IMG/VR virus record: IMGVR_UViG_3300008255_002410
Location: 1-61,734 of that record
Source of the DNA: a virus
Taxonomy: Duplodnaviria; Caudoviricetes
Length of the DNA stretch: 61,734 bases
Direction: 5' to 3' (one strand)
This document shows, piece by piece, positions 34,554 through 43,304 of the stretch (positions are counted from its first letter, which is position 1; the number at the start of each line of letters is the position of its first letter). The notes below the pieces were generated by a model. It was not told the DNA's origin. It searched no databases and saw only the letters and a list, made by a program, of their open reading frames with translations. Position numbers and translations under genes: made by a program.

Positions 34554-35977
34554 TCAGATCTTCTCCGTATGATGTCACGAACATCCTTCTCTGCCCAAGT
34601 GCTGATGGCGTTGTAAGCACTGATCAGCAGTTCCTTCTGCCGAGCAGGGTTGTCTCGGTTCTTTCCCAGGAATAGGCGGGCCTGGGAAGGGATGTTCTTT
34701 TCTGGAATCCCCATCTGGTACTCAATCAGGGACTGGCAGAAAAAGATAACCACATCTGCGATGTGTGCCTTCTTGAAAGAGTCTCCAAGATCATCCAGGT
34801 CCAGCTTGTCTTTGTTTAATGCTGCTCTGATTGACTGAGAAGCAGTCCAGCATGGAATCTCTAGTTCTTGACAAAGATCAAAGATGTCTTGGTAGATGTC
34901 TCCAATCAGGTCATAGTTGGAATCAATTCTTCTGGCCAGCACGGGCCGCATCTTGTCGGCGTAGTCAATGACCAATAAGTCGGTCTTAAAGCCATCTCTA
35001 CTCTCCATCAAACGAATATCTGCCAGCAAGTCCTCTGCGTTGCAGGGTTTCTTGTACTTCTTGAAGCGTATCTTGGCCTTGGTACTACCATAGAGGCTGT
35101 TCCAGCGTTCGATGGTGCTGCGTGGCTTTAGCTCGAGCCACTTTCTAGATCCCGGAAAAACCCATGGGGTAACTGCCCCTTCTTTGACTGGTTGGCCCAG
35201 CAGACAACTGTCCATCTTGGTTCCGATCTTTTCAAAGTTTTGCTCTCTGGAAACGTAGAACACGCTTCGGTTGGATAGCAGCACTGCATTGATCGTGAAT
35301 TGCACCAGACCTGTTGTCTTCCCTCGTGATGGTCCTGCAGTGATGACCCCAAGTTCCCCAGGGCCAAGACCCCCACCGAGCCAGGTATCCAAGGTAGGTA
35401 GACCAGTTGGGACTTTGATGTCAGGAAGCTGCTTTCGCCAGTTATGTCGGAGCAGAACCTCGTTTCTTGAGCCAATGTCCCTGGGGTGATCCTCATCCCC
35501 AACACCCACCTCAACAGCTTCCTTCATTGCCTTCTTGATTTCATCTATCTTTCCGGCGGGTAAGAGTTCAGTCTGGATTTTTATAGCTGCTAGTTCAATA
35601 GCTCTAGCTTGGATGAACTCTAAGTAAGAGGTTCGAAGATGTCCGGTTTGACCTGTCAGATCTGTAGAAGCTGCTTGCTTAGCTTTTGCAACAACTTCCG
35701 CATAGAAATCACTGTCTTCTAGCTGACTGAACTTTTTGGAAGCTCTAAGTCGATGGATACTCTCAATCAGGGTATCTTGCCGCGGTAGTACTTGGTGCCT
35801 TTTCCACCAGTCAAGGATGGCCCGGCAGACAAATTGCTGTGGAGCACTTCGGTAATACTCAGGCTTGATTCTACTGCTGTAACATCTGAGGAAGTCCTTG
35901 TCCTGACAGAGGAAGGCAAGGGATTCCATGGTGTAAGCTGAGCTCCAGGGGAGCGTTTGCGTTCCTCGCAAGTCCAT
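34550..35977 (-). CDS. dnaB: Replicative SF4 helicase (DnaB-like)
   Basis: PTG...LD..L.GG..PGEL....AGPSRGKT, SRE, IDYAD, TASQ, KNR. Start placed at 35977 (MDLRG). Confidence 0.9.
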   Translation of the reverse strand: MDLRGTQTLPWSSAYTMESLAFLCQDKDFLRCYSSRIKPEYYRSAPQQFVCRAILDWWKRHQVLPRQDTLIESIHRLRASKKFSQLEDSDFYAEVVAKAKQAASTDLTGQTGHLRTSYLEFIQARAIELAAIKIQTELLPAGKIDEIKKAMKEAVEVGVGDEDHPRDIGSRNEVLLRHNWRKQLPDIKVPTGLPTLDTWLGGGLGPGELGVITAGPSRGKTTGLVQFTINAVLLSNRSVFYVSREQNFEKIGTKMDSCLLGQPVKEGAVTPWVFPGSRKWLELKPRSTIERWNSLYGSTKAKIRFKKYKKPCNAEDLLADIRLMESRDGFKTDLLVIDYADKMRPVLARRIDSNYDLIGDIYQDIFDLCQELEIPCWTASQSIRAALNKDKLDLDDLGDSFKKAHIADVVIFFCQSLIEYQMGIPEKNIPSQARLFLGKNRDNPARQKELLISAYNAISTWAEKDVRDIIRRRSE

Positions 35978-36567
35978 ACCTGTCTCCAAAGTGCAGTTAG
36001 ACGTTGTCTTAGTGCTGGATTTTCTTTCAGGTCCCACCAGGCTCGTCGAAGCCAACTTTCTTCAGGGGGATCTTTTTCGAGTATCCTGGAAACTTGATCC
36101 GGGTCCGATAGAATGAAGTATGAAGAAAGTTTCAGCCCAGCCGACTCGTAGACCTCATGCTTTTTCAATCCCAAGTTCAAGTAGGCTTGTAACAGCTTAG
36201 CTGATTGTACAAACGGCATCGTGTACTGTGCTTCAAGAGTGAGCTGATAGTCAGCTTTTCCAGTATGGTACTGCCGGTGTTCAAAGAACCGAGACTGCTG
36301 GTACCTATAGCCCGCCTTAGCCCCAGACAGTTGTTGCGGTGTAGGTAGGCCAAGGGTCAGGAATTGTACTCCAATGAACTGCTCTGGGTCAGCTTCCATC
36401 CTCCGAATGGTTTCAGCCGCTCGAGCAAAGTGATTCCAGGACTTACACGCAGAAGGGTTACCTGGATTCCACCCCATGTATTGTCTTCCAGTTTTTCTCT
36501 CTATGTTCTTAGAGTAGAGCTGGATTATTTGAACAATCTGCTCGTGGATCTCCTTGTCAGAAAACAT
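35767..36567 (-). CDS. Hypothetical protein (possible replication accessory)
   Basis: GGAGG SD and TAATG coupling with the helicase gene; its tail overlaps dnaB by ~211 nt. Confidence 0.65.
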   Translation of the reverse strand: MFSDKEIHEQIVQIIQLYSKNIERKTGRQYMGWNPGNPSACKSWNHFARAAETIRRMEADPEQFIGVQFLTLGLPTPQQLSGAKAGYRYQQSRFFEHRQYHTGKADYQLTLEAQYTMPFVQSAKLLQAYLNLGLKKHEVYESAGLKLSSYFILSDPDQVSRILEKDPPEESWLRRAWWDLKENPALRQRLTALWRQVWTCEERKRSPGAQLTPWNPLPSSVRTRTSSDVTAVESSLSITEVLHSNLSAGPSLTGGKGTKYYRGKIP

Positions 36568-39176
36568 TACTCCTCCAGGAGAGTTAGAGGCTCATCCACT
36601 CTGTGGATGACTGCAACCTTGGTGCTTCTGTAGATGTGTTCTCTCCGGATGCTGTGCTCCAAAAGCTTGTAGTTCCATCGGTTTTTGAAGTCCGTTACGT
36701 AATAGGTGTTGCTTCCACTCTTTACCATCTGCCCCCGACCAAGAATCTGAAGAAGCTCGTCAATTGCTTTTCCGCCACCAGCCGGGATGATAGCCTTCAG
36801 ACTTGGAAAGTCGATTCCGACATTGAAGATCGGGGTAGAGATCAGAATCGCTCTCTTCCCTTCATTGAAAGCTTTCCTTTCAGCTGTTCTCGTAGCGACC
36901 TTATCATCTCTATCCAGGAAGACCGCATCAAAGTCTCCGAGCAAGTTCAGAAGCTTCAGTCCATGCCGCTTCGTGTCCACAGGAATCCAGGTAGGAAACT
37001 TTTGCTCAACGTACCACTCGCAGTCGTTTCTGATAATCCACTTGACGTAGGGGTTATTTTCTACCCCCCAGAGGAATGCCCACTGGTAGTAAGCCAGTCG
37101 AAGCTTGTTCCTCTGCCGCATGATTGCCCTGGCCTTGAAGAAGTCCAGGTCCTTCAGATCGTGGTCCCCTTTGAACGTAAACGGGTTTCCGGGAGGTGGA
37201 TGCGCCAGGACCTCCTCATCTGTTGCAGGTGGGATGCTTCGGGGAAAGATATGTGCGGTAGAAATCCTACCAGCTTTTTTTAACTCAGCAGAAGTTACTG
37301 TGGAGATGGTGTAGCCAGAAAGGCCAATTGCAACGCTGTTGCGGTACTCGTCCTTATTGAGTGGGGTTCCAGAAAGGAAAATACGGTGCCTGGTTGGAAT
37401 CTTTTCAAGGACTTTGCTGACGCTCTCCGCTGAGGCGCATTGGCAATTATGTACTAGAATCCCGTTAGCAAAATAGTTGTTGTTATCTGCTACTTCGAGA
37501 TTATAGACAAAACTTGGACCAGACAGCTTTGGAGGTTGTTTAAGACCTCCGAGTTCTTGAATCTCAATACTTTCCACCCAAGTCCAGCCAAGGCAGAGTC
37601 TTTCTTCTTGTCTGCTGCCTTCCGGGAGTAATGGCTGCCCCCATCCACTTCGATTGCAACTTTGAGGCTTGTGTTTCCAATGTCTATTTTGTAGTATGTT
37701 GGGTAACCCGGTCTTCTCGGTCCCAGCGATACAGGGACCTCCATTTTCCAGCCCAGTGCAGAGGCCAGAAGGAGCTGCGCTGTGGTAGGTCCTTTTCCAT
37801 TTCCCCCACGAACAAGAGGCTTCCACTCTCCAAGGCGCCTTTTGGTAGCGATTTTCTCCTTCACACCCAAGATGTGTATAGGGTTGGCCCGTGTCATTTT
37901 CTCGGACAGTATCTTTTTGTGCCTGTCTGTAAGTTTCCGACTTCGTCTTTCTTGATCCATCCATAAGTCCCGATGTGTGGTAGAGCAATAGGCCCGATTT
38001 GATCGAACTCTTTCTCTGGAAAATAGGCCTTTTTGTCCATGTAATTGGACCTGTTTCTGGCATATGATACAAGGCAGTGTTACTGTCTGTGCCCGGCTTT
38101 TCCGTTGTGCAGTTTCGCAAGGCTTGGAACAGGTCTTCCTGGGAGAACTGCTTGTAAATAGTTTCTGGCACTGAAGACAGGTTGCCTGCCAAGTGTTGTT
38201 GATAAACATGCTTTTCTCCTTGCAGTGGCACTCTGGTAATCAGAATACTACCACAAGTAAGATTCTCCGAAGTAATATACTTGGACCTGTTTCCTATCTT
38301 TACAAGGATTGGGTGATTAGGGGTACAGGAAAGCGATGTTCCATTAGCTAGTTGTAGACGAATGAGTCTTGAGGCATGGCGCTTGAAAACCCGGAGAACA
38401 GTTTTCTTTTCAATTTGCCCTGTTTGATGATTTATTGATTCAACAAAGTCTCCGGAGACATATGTCTCAATTGCCTTGTTTCCAACGAGAGTCCCTGCTG
38501 GCAAACATTCATCAAGCATCACTACGCCTGTCTTTTCAGCAAGTTCTTCGAACTTCGGCTTGTAGCGGTACTTGTAGAGAGTCTGAACCATTGCCACAGT
38601 AACTCGCTTCTCATCCCATTTCGACCAGCCTCGGATACTCCCCAAGGGCTCCTGTAGGTGCTTGGTTATTTCCTCCACAAGCTGATCAAATAGATCACTT
38701 GAATTGACCAGAATGAGGATGCTCTTGTTATGGTGGAACTTGGCCAGTGCCGACATGACCCGGGTTTTTCCAGATCGGGTAGCTCCCTTCAGGATGCCTC
38801 GGGTATCCGCCCGAAGTGCGGCTTCAATCATTCGGATCTGCCAAGGAAATAAAGACACCCCGTCGTTGAGGTAGTTTGCCGGAATTGGTGTCGTTGTCCC
38901 GCAGGGCTCAGGTGTCCCCTCTACCTGGATTACCAGGTCATGTAAGTTTCCCTGAGCCTGTAGTCTTGGAAGCAGTCCCGTGAGAAAACGACCATGCTCG
39001 GAAACAAGGCTCTTGTACCCGTCCCAGAGCCTGTTGCCTTCTGCATCCCGCATCTTGTAGCGGGGATTGAACTGGTAGCCTGCCGGATAGGCACGAAGGA
39101 TCCTACGAGCGATTTTCTCCTCCTCGTCAGATGCCTCGACAGCCTGGCAGAACACAGGACCCCACTTGATTCGCAT
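36567..39176 (-). CDS. UvsW-like SF2 helicase containing an intein
   Basis: Y..G.WDG N-terminus, ATRSGKT, motif II LDE|CQ split by the intein, LSGTP, G.D.P.L, Q.LGR. Confidence 0.88.
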   Translation of the reverse strand: MRIKWGPVFCQAVEASDEEEKIARRILRAYPAGYQFNPRYKMRDAEGNRLWDGYKSLVSEHGRFLTGLLPRLQAQGNLHDLVIQVEGTPEPCGTTTPIPANYLNDGVSLFPWQIRMIEAALRADTRGILKGATRSGKTRVMSALAKFHHNKSILILVNSSDLFDQLVEEITKHLQEPLGSIRGWSKWDEKRVTVAMVQTLYKYRYKPKFEELAEKTGVVMLDECLPAGTLVGNKAIETYVSGDFVESINHQTGQIEKKTVLRVFKRHASRLIRLQLANGTSLSCTPNHPILVKIGNRSKYITSENLTCGSILITRVPLQGEKHVYQQHLAGNLSSVPETIYKQFSQEDLFQALRNCTTEKPGTDSNTALYHMPETGPITWTKRPIFQRKSSIKSGLLLYHTSGLMDGSRKTKSETYRQAQKDTVRENDTGQPYTHLGCEGENRYQKAPWRVEASCSWGKWKRTYHSAAPSGLCTGLENGGPCIAGTEKTGLPNILQNRHWKHKPQSCNRSGWGQPLLPEGSRQEERLCLGWTWVESIEIQELGGLKQPPKLSGPSFVYNLEVADNNNYFANGILVHNCQCASAESVSKVLEKIPTRHRIFLSGTPLNKDEYRNSVAIGLSGYTISTVTSAELKKAGRISTAHIFPRSIPPATDEEVLAHPPPGNPFTFKGDHDLKDLDFFKARAIMRQRNKLRLAYYQWAFLWGVENNPYVKWIIRNDCEWYVEQKFPTWIPVDTKRHGLKLLNLLGDFDAVFLDRDDKVATRTAERKAFNEGKRAILISTPIFNVGIDFPSLKAIIPAGGGKAIDELLQILGRGQMVKSGSNTYYVTDFKNRWNYKLLEHSIRREHIYRSTKVAVIHRVDEPLTLLEE
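37446..38507 (-). mobile_element. Intein (354 aa) in helicase motif II
   Basis: Block A CLPAGTLV, block B CTPNHP, blocks F/G VYNLEVADNNNYFANGILVHN|C. Confidence 0.93.
37490..38209 (-). CDS. Nested out-of-frame Vsr/DUF559 (EDxHD-type) endonuclease inside the intein
   Basis: AAGGAG SD 6 nt before the ATG; CxxC Zn-type repeats; IDIG......AIEVDG.SH......D..KD..L...GW.VLRF.N catalytic signature; frame shifted by 1 relative to the intein. Confidence 0.88.
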   Translation of the reverse strand: MFINNTWQATCLQCQKLFTSSSPRKTCSKPCETAQRKSRAQTVTLPCIICQKQVQLHGQKGLFSRERVRSNRAYCSTTHRDLWMDQERRSRKLTDRHKKILSEKMTRANPIHILGVKEKIATKRRLGEWKPLVRGGNGKGPTTAQLLLASALGWKMEVPVSLGPRRPGYPTYYKIDIGNTSLKVAIEVDGGSHYSRKAADKKKDSALAGLGWKVLRFKNSEVLNNLQSCLVQVLSIISK

Positions 39177-39221
39177 TTGATCTCCAACCCTGGCCGGCGT
39201 CGGCCAGGGTGGTTGTTCAAG

Positions 39222-39647
39222 TTACTGTCCGGTAGCCCGTTGAAACTGGTCTGAACCCATGGCGTGGACATCCTCTTCCGGACGCTGCTTGAGCATGTCT
39301 CGGATCTGATGACATTTCCCCGGGCACGCACAGGCGTCCGCTGACCGGCCTCTTTTGTGATCAGGCGAACAGCGAAAGCAGCACGGAATCGTGGGGTAGT
39401 ATTCATCCGTGTTTGCAGCCAGCAACGTATCCAGCATTTCATACAGGTCAGCGCCTGCTTCGGCGGGCATGCACAGCTTCTGGAACTGGTCATCTTTCAT
39501 GATGACAGGCTTGTCCTCGGCCTTTCCCAGGCCGGTAACGGCCCAGTGGCCCGGGGGCACCGAAAGCGCTCCTGAAGGGCCACGGATTTGACCTGTTAGG
39601 TTCTGCTCTGCGTGAACGATGAGGGGACGCAGTCTATACTTGGACAT
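39222..39647 (-). CDS. Hypothetical protein
   Basis: KYR.RP..V.A.Q N-terminus and Cys-rich C-terminus; SD present. Confidence 0.65.
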   Translation of the reverse strand: MSKYRLRPLIVHAEQNLTGQIRGPSGALSVPPGHWAVTGLGKAEDKPVIMKDDQFQKLCMPAEAGADLYEMLDTLLAANTDEYYPTIPCCFRCSPDHKRGRSADACACPGKCHQIRDMLKQRPEEDVHAMGSDQFQRATGQ

Positions 39648-39655
39648 GATGATTC

Positions 39656-40576
39656 CTATTCTCCTAGCATCCTTGAAGCCACACGATCAAAGTAGGGCAA
39701 TGCGCCCAAAACTTCTGATAGCAGGCCTGGGTTATCACTGAGAGCATCCTGGATTGATCCAACAGAAATCTCTCCAACTCCCTCGAGTACCAATGTCATG
39801 ACTTGGCTTTGGAGCTCAGCTGTTGATCCTTCACCATGAGAAAGATCCATCAGCTCCAAATTTCGTATCAGTTTTTCTATTGCTTGAGGTAAGAACACCA
39901 GTTTGAAGTCTGGGTCTTTTCTGAACTCTTCCCTCCTTTTGAAGAGATCCCCAAGATCTCTGCATTTGGCCAGAATTGGCCAGATTCTTCCTTCGCCTGG
40001 CTTCTTGCCGCTAATCCCCCCAATTCCAGGAATGTTGTCAGAACTGTCTCCTGTGATTAGCCGCTTTAGCAAGAACTGAGCTCCGGACTTCACATGCAGA
40101 AGATCCCGGACTGTGCGTTCACTAATGACTTTGACTTCACCGGAAAGATCCAGGATGACAGATACAGTAGGGCTTACCAACTGGACGAAGTCTTGGTCGG
40201 TACTGAGGATGATGGTGCTGTCATCTACAAATACCTGACAGGCAGCGTAGATCAAGTCATCCCCTTCGTGCCCCTCCACCCAAACCTGGGGGATACCTAA
40301 GGCAGGAAAAACTTTAAGTCTGAGCAAGCTCATCTGCTGGTAGATTGCTTCGGTTTCTACAAGACCTTTTTTCTTGCTTCTGTTGGCCTTGTACGTTGGC
40401 AAAAGCGCCAGTCTTCGTGCGCTTTTCTTGGCATCCCAAAAGATTGCCAAGCGGTCTACACTGATGTTCTTCAGCCGTTTAATGAGATGCTGTAGAAACG
40501 GGCCTACTATGTCTGGCTCTCCCCGGATGTGAGCAAATTTCCAGGCAAGAGAGGGACCGTCTACCCAGAGGTTCAT
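39656..40576 (-). CDS. 5'-3' exonuclease / flap endonuclease (T4 RNase H-like)
   Basis: VDG, WD...S..R....P.YKANR, EGDD, STDQDF.QL, GDSSDNIPGI.GI. Confidence 0.92.
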   Translation of the reverse strand: MNLWVDGPSLAWKFAHIRGEPDIVGPFLQHLIKRLKNISVDRLAIFWDAKKSARRLALLPTYKANRSKKKGLVETEAIYQQMSLLRLKVFPALGIPQVWVEGHEGDDLIYAACQVFVDDSTIILSTDQDFVQLVSPTVSVILDLSGEVKVISERTVRDLLHVKSGAQFLLKRLITGDSSDNIPGIGGISGKKPGEGRIWPILAKCRDLGDLFKRREEFRKDPDFKLVFLPQAIEKLIRNLELMDLSHGEGSTAELQSQVMTLVLEGVGEISVGSIQDALSDNPGLLSEVLGALPYFDRVASRMLGE

Positions 40577-41967
40577 TCAAGTACCGCACCTTCAGGGGGA
40601 CTCTCAGAGTTTTCCTTGACGCCGGCGTCAACTCCCTTAACCTCTGGAATGTCCCCGTCATCCTCACACTCGATAGCCTCGAGACCGAGGTCAGAGCCAG
40701 TCATTGTTTCTCGGGTCATCCTCAAAACGTCTGCCCACTGCCTGGCGTTGCTCCGCTGTTGGAAGTACCAGGCCAAGTCAAAGAGATTCTTGTCCTCAAC
40801 TATCGTTCCGTCAGGCAAAGTAATTCTTGGGTTCTTGAATCCAGGCTCGAATCCTGTACCTTCCTTCTTCCCATCACACTTGACTCGGCCCTGTTCGGCC
40901 AAGTAAGTCAGTACGCTTTCATAGTCGTTGAACCCAGTATGGAATCTCCCTACGTCTTGGTAGTAGTACGTGTAGGGGAAATTCGAGTAGGCACCACCGA
41001 AGCGACTCTTGGCCAGGATCAGTCGACCTCTAATACCTACCGGAATTTTGCGTTGTCCTTGCTTGAGGTGAATCTTCCCTTTCCGCATGAACTGAAGCTG
41101 AAAGCTTTCGGCGTAGTCCTTAGCCTTGCCTGATGTTCCAACAACCCTGTCCTCCTCAGCCATGTACTTGGCCTTCATCATGTTGTGCTCAATCTTAGCT
41201 ACCATCTGATTGATCAGGATTACTGTGCCATGACCCTTGATGAGTGCCCCACCGAACTTCCGGATACAGGAGGCTACGACCTTAGACCTGGCGTAATTGT
41301 CCTGCTTGGCATAGTCCGGTGAGAGGTCAGCCCGGATTGGCGTTGCCGCAATTGAATCCCAAGTAAGAAGAAAGGGGACGTGCGGAAGTCCAGCCATGTA
41401 AATCAGGGCACGATCTGCCTGATCGAATACTCCTTCAATACAGGGGTTTCGAATTCCGATCCAGCCTCGGTCTACAACAACATGAAGCTTCTTGGCCATT
41501 CCTGTGTGCATGGCCTTCTCTTGGTCAAAGTGGGCAACCTTTCCACCCATTTCTTGTATAGCTGCTTCCAGGCACAGGAGAAAGGCGGTTTTGCCATCAC
41601 TAGAACCACCATTGGCCTCTACAACCCTTCCTTGGGGGATACCCCCGTTTTTGATGAATACCTTCCCAGAAGCTTCGTCAAAGACGACTTCTCCTCCGGA
41701 GGCCAGATTCACCAGGGATAACGGAGTAGGGATGAACCCGGGAACGTCCATCTCATAAACACCAAGGACTGTTGCTTCTTTGGGGCTTGTTAAGTTCGGT
41801 ACTTTCCAGCCCTTTGGGGGAGCTGAAGGAGCAGCCCCTGTTGCTCCATAGTAGACCTGTGATGTTGTATCAGCCTTTTTCAGAATGTCCGTCAGTTCAT
41901 AAAAGAGAAACTCATCCAGTTCGTCCCGGGAATACGTCACCACAGCTTTCTTTTGCTTCCTTGCCAT
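40573..41967 (-). CDS. recA: RecA/UvsX recombinase
   Basis: GGIPQGRVVE..G.SSDGKT, FDQE.A, WDSIAA, LINQ, G.SG.A..Y, KSR. Confidence 0.85.
   Translation of the reverse strand: MARKQKKAVVTYSRDELDEFLFYELTDILKKADTTSQVYYGATGAAPSAPPKGWKVPNLTSPKEATVLGVYEMDVPGFIPTPLSLVNLASGGEVVFDEASGKVFIKNGGIPQGRVVEANGGSSDGKTAFLLCLEAAIQEMGGKVAHFDQEKAMHTGMAKKLHVVVDRGWIGIRNPCIEGVFDQADRALIYMAGLPHVPFLLTWDSIAATPIRADLSPDYAKQDNYARSKVVASCIRKFGGALIKGHGTVILINQMVAKIEHNMMKAKYMAEEDRVVGTSGKAKDYAESFQLQFMRKGKIHLKQGQRKIPVGIRGRLILAKSRFGGAYSNFPYTYYYQDVGRFHTGFNDYESVLTYLAEQGRVKCDGKKEGTGFEPGFKNPRITLPDGTIVEDKNLFDLAWYFQQRSNARQWADVLRMTRETMTGSDLGLEAIECEDDGDIPEVKGVDAGVKENSESPPEGAVLE
40616..40631. repeat. 16-bp palindrome TTGACGCCGGCGTCAA, copy 5
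   Basis: Exact match in the recA 3' end (VDAGVK), 39 nt upstream of the flap nuclease ATG. Confidence 0.95.
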
Positions 41968-41984
41968 TTCGCTCCTTGGGGGGC

Positions 41985-42008
41985 GGGGGCCAGGCGAACC
42001 TGGCCCCC
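41985..42008 (-). promoter_or_regulatory. 10-bp GC stem with UUCG loop between SSB and recA
   Basis: Minus strand gggggccagg-ttcg-cctggccccc; no U-tract. Confidence 0.5.
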
Positions 42009-42015
42009 AATGAGG

Positions 42016-43293
42016 TCACTTCTTGGCGACAGACCTCAGCGGTGGTCTGACACCAGCCGAACGGACCGCCGGCTTGGACGCAACTGCTGTGAGTTTTGGT
42101 TTGGCCGCAGCGGCTGCTTTCGCTGCCTGGGCCTGGGCTCGCTTCTGCTCTTCCTTGAGCATGGCGTCAAGCTGGGCCTTGCTCGGCAAAGCTGTTGCTT
42201 CCTCGGCAACTGGATTGCTTTCTTCCTCGAGCTCGTAGGTAGGCTCATCTTCCGGAAGCAGTTCGTCTTGGAGAGCCTCTTCCTCACCTGTCTGAAGCTC
42301 TCCCCCATTCTCAGCTTCCTCAGTGTAAGGCTCATCTTCCGGGACGAGGTCCTCTCCACCGTCACTGGCAAGTGCTTCCTCTTCAGAGGTCTGGCCTTCA
42401 TCCGGGTCTAGAGGCTCCTCCGCACCCTCGATGATTCCGCCATCGTCATCTATGATGGCTGCTTCTTCCTCCGTCCCGGGTCCTTCACTCAGGATTGCAA
42501 GTGCTCTATCATAGGCATCTCGCACCGCAGCTTTGTACTTGGGAGGAATCTTGAACGTGTCCGCAAGATCCGAGGGGCTCTTGATCGGGATGACCTTGCC
42601 AGGGGACGGAGAGGAAGCGATGAGCTCCTGCACCCACTCTTCATCAGCCCCTGCAAAGCCTGCCAATCCAGGAGGGACCTTCTCGATGAGGACTTTGCCG
42701 TCAGCGCCAACGATCTTGTTACCATTGGCATCCTTCTTTACCCGCCGAGTCACGAGCTGGAAGTTGTCATAGACTGTGCGCTTGTCTTCCTTGTCCGGGT
42801 CATAGTCGAACGCAACCCCATAGGAAGTCTCGACATCACCCAGCGTGAAGCCGTTCACAGCGAGCTTGCCCAACTTCTTGAATTGAGAAGGGCTCATTGC
42901 CCAGGTGTGAACCCCCTCCTCACCCCTGATGTAGGCCCAGATGAGGTTGTTCATCTTGGGCTCGAGTGAACCCGCAAGCTCCAGCGCCAGGCCCTGTCCT
43001 TCACGCTCAAGGGCAGCCCGGTAGACACAGGCCACGCAAGGCACAGGCCGTTTGATTCTGGTTTGCGGATCGATATAGGAGTGTGTCATCCGATTACAGA
43101 TGGCTGCTCGGTACTCTTTTCCTTTGAGCTCATGCTTGCCTTGTGGCAGGAAAGGCTTGCCAGGATGGCCGGGAATCGGCAGGGGGAAGAAGAAATACTT
43201 TCCTTTCTTCTTTGGCTTCCAATTCCTTCCCGTATTCGACCGGGCGAAGAATTCTTCGGATTCTCGTTCTGCGTCTTCTGATGTCCAACCCAT
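42016..43293 (-). CDS. Single-stranded DNA-binding protein (gp32-like) with a long acidic tail
   Basis: AAGGAG SD; H...C.......C..C putative Zn ligands in the N-terminal domain; very acidic C-terminal region; lies between the polymerase and recA. Confidence 0.6.
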   Translation of the reverse strand: MGWTSEDAERESEEFFARSNTGRNWKPKKKGKYFFFPLPIPGHPGKPFLPQGKHELKGKEYRAAICNRMTHSYIDPQTRIKRPVPCVACVYRAALEREGQGLALELAGSLEPKMNNLIWAYIRGEEGVHTWAMSPSQFKKLGKLAVNGFTLGDVETSYGVAFDYDPDKEDKRTVYDNFQLVTRRVKKDANGNKIVGADGKVLIEKVPPGLAGFAGADEEWVQELIASSPSPGKVIPIKSPSDLADTFKIPPKYKAAVRDAYDRALAILSEGPGTEEEAAIIDDDGGIIEGAEEPLDPDEGQTSEEEALASDGGEDLVPEDEPYTEEAENGGELQTGEEEALQDELLPEDEPTYELEEESNPVAEEATALPSKAQLDAMLKEEQKRAQAQAAKAAAAAKPKLTAVASKPAVRSAGVRPPLRSVAKK

Positions 43294-43304
43294 GAGGACT
43301 CCTT

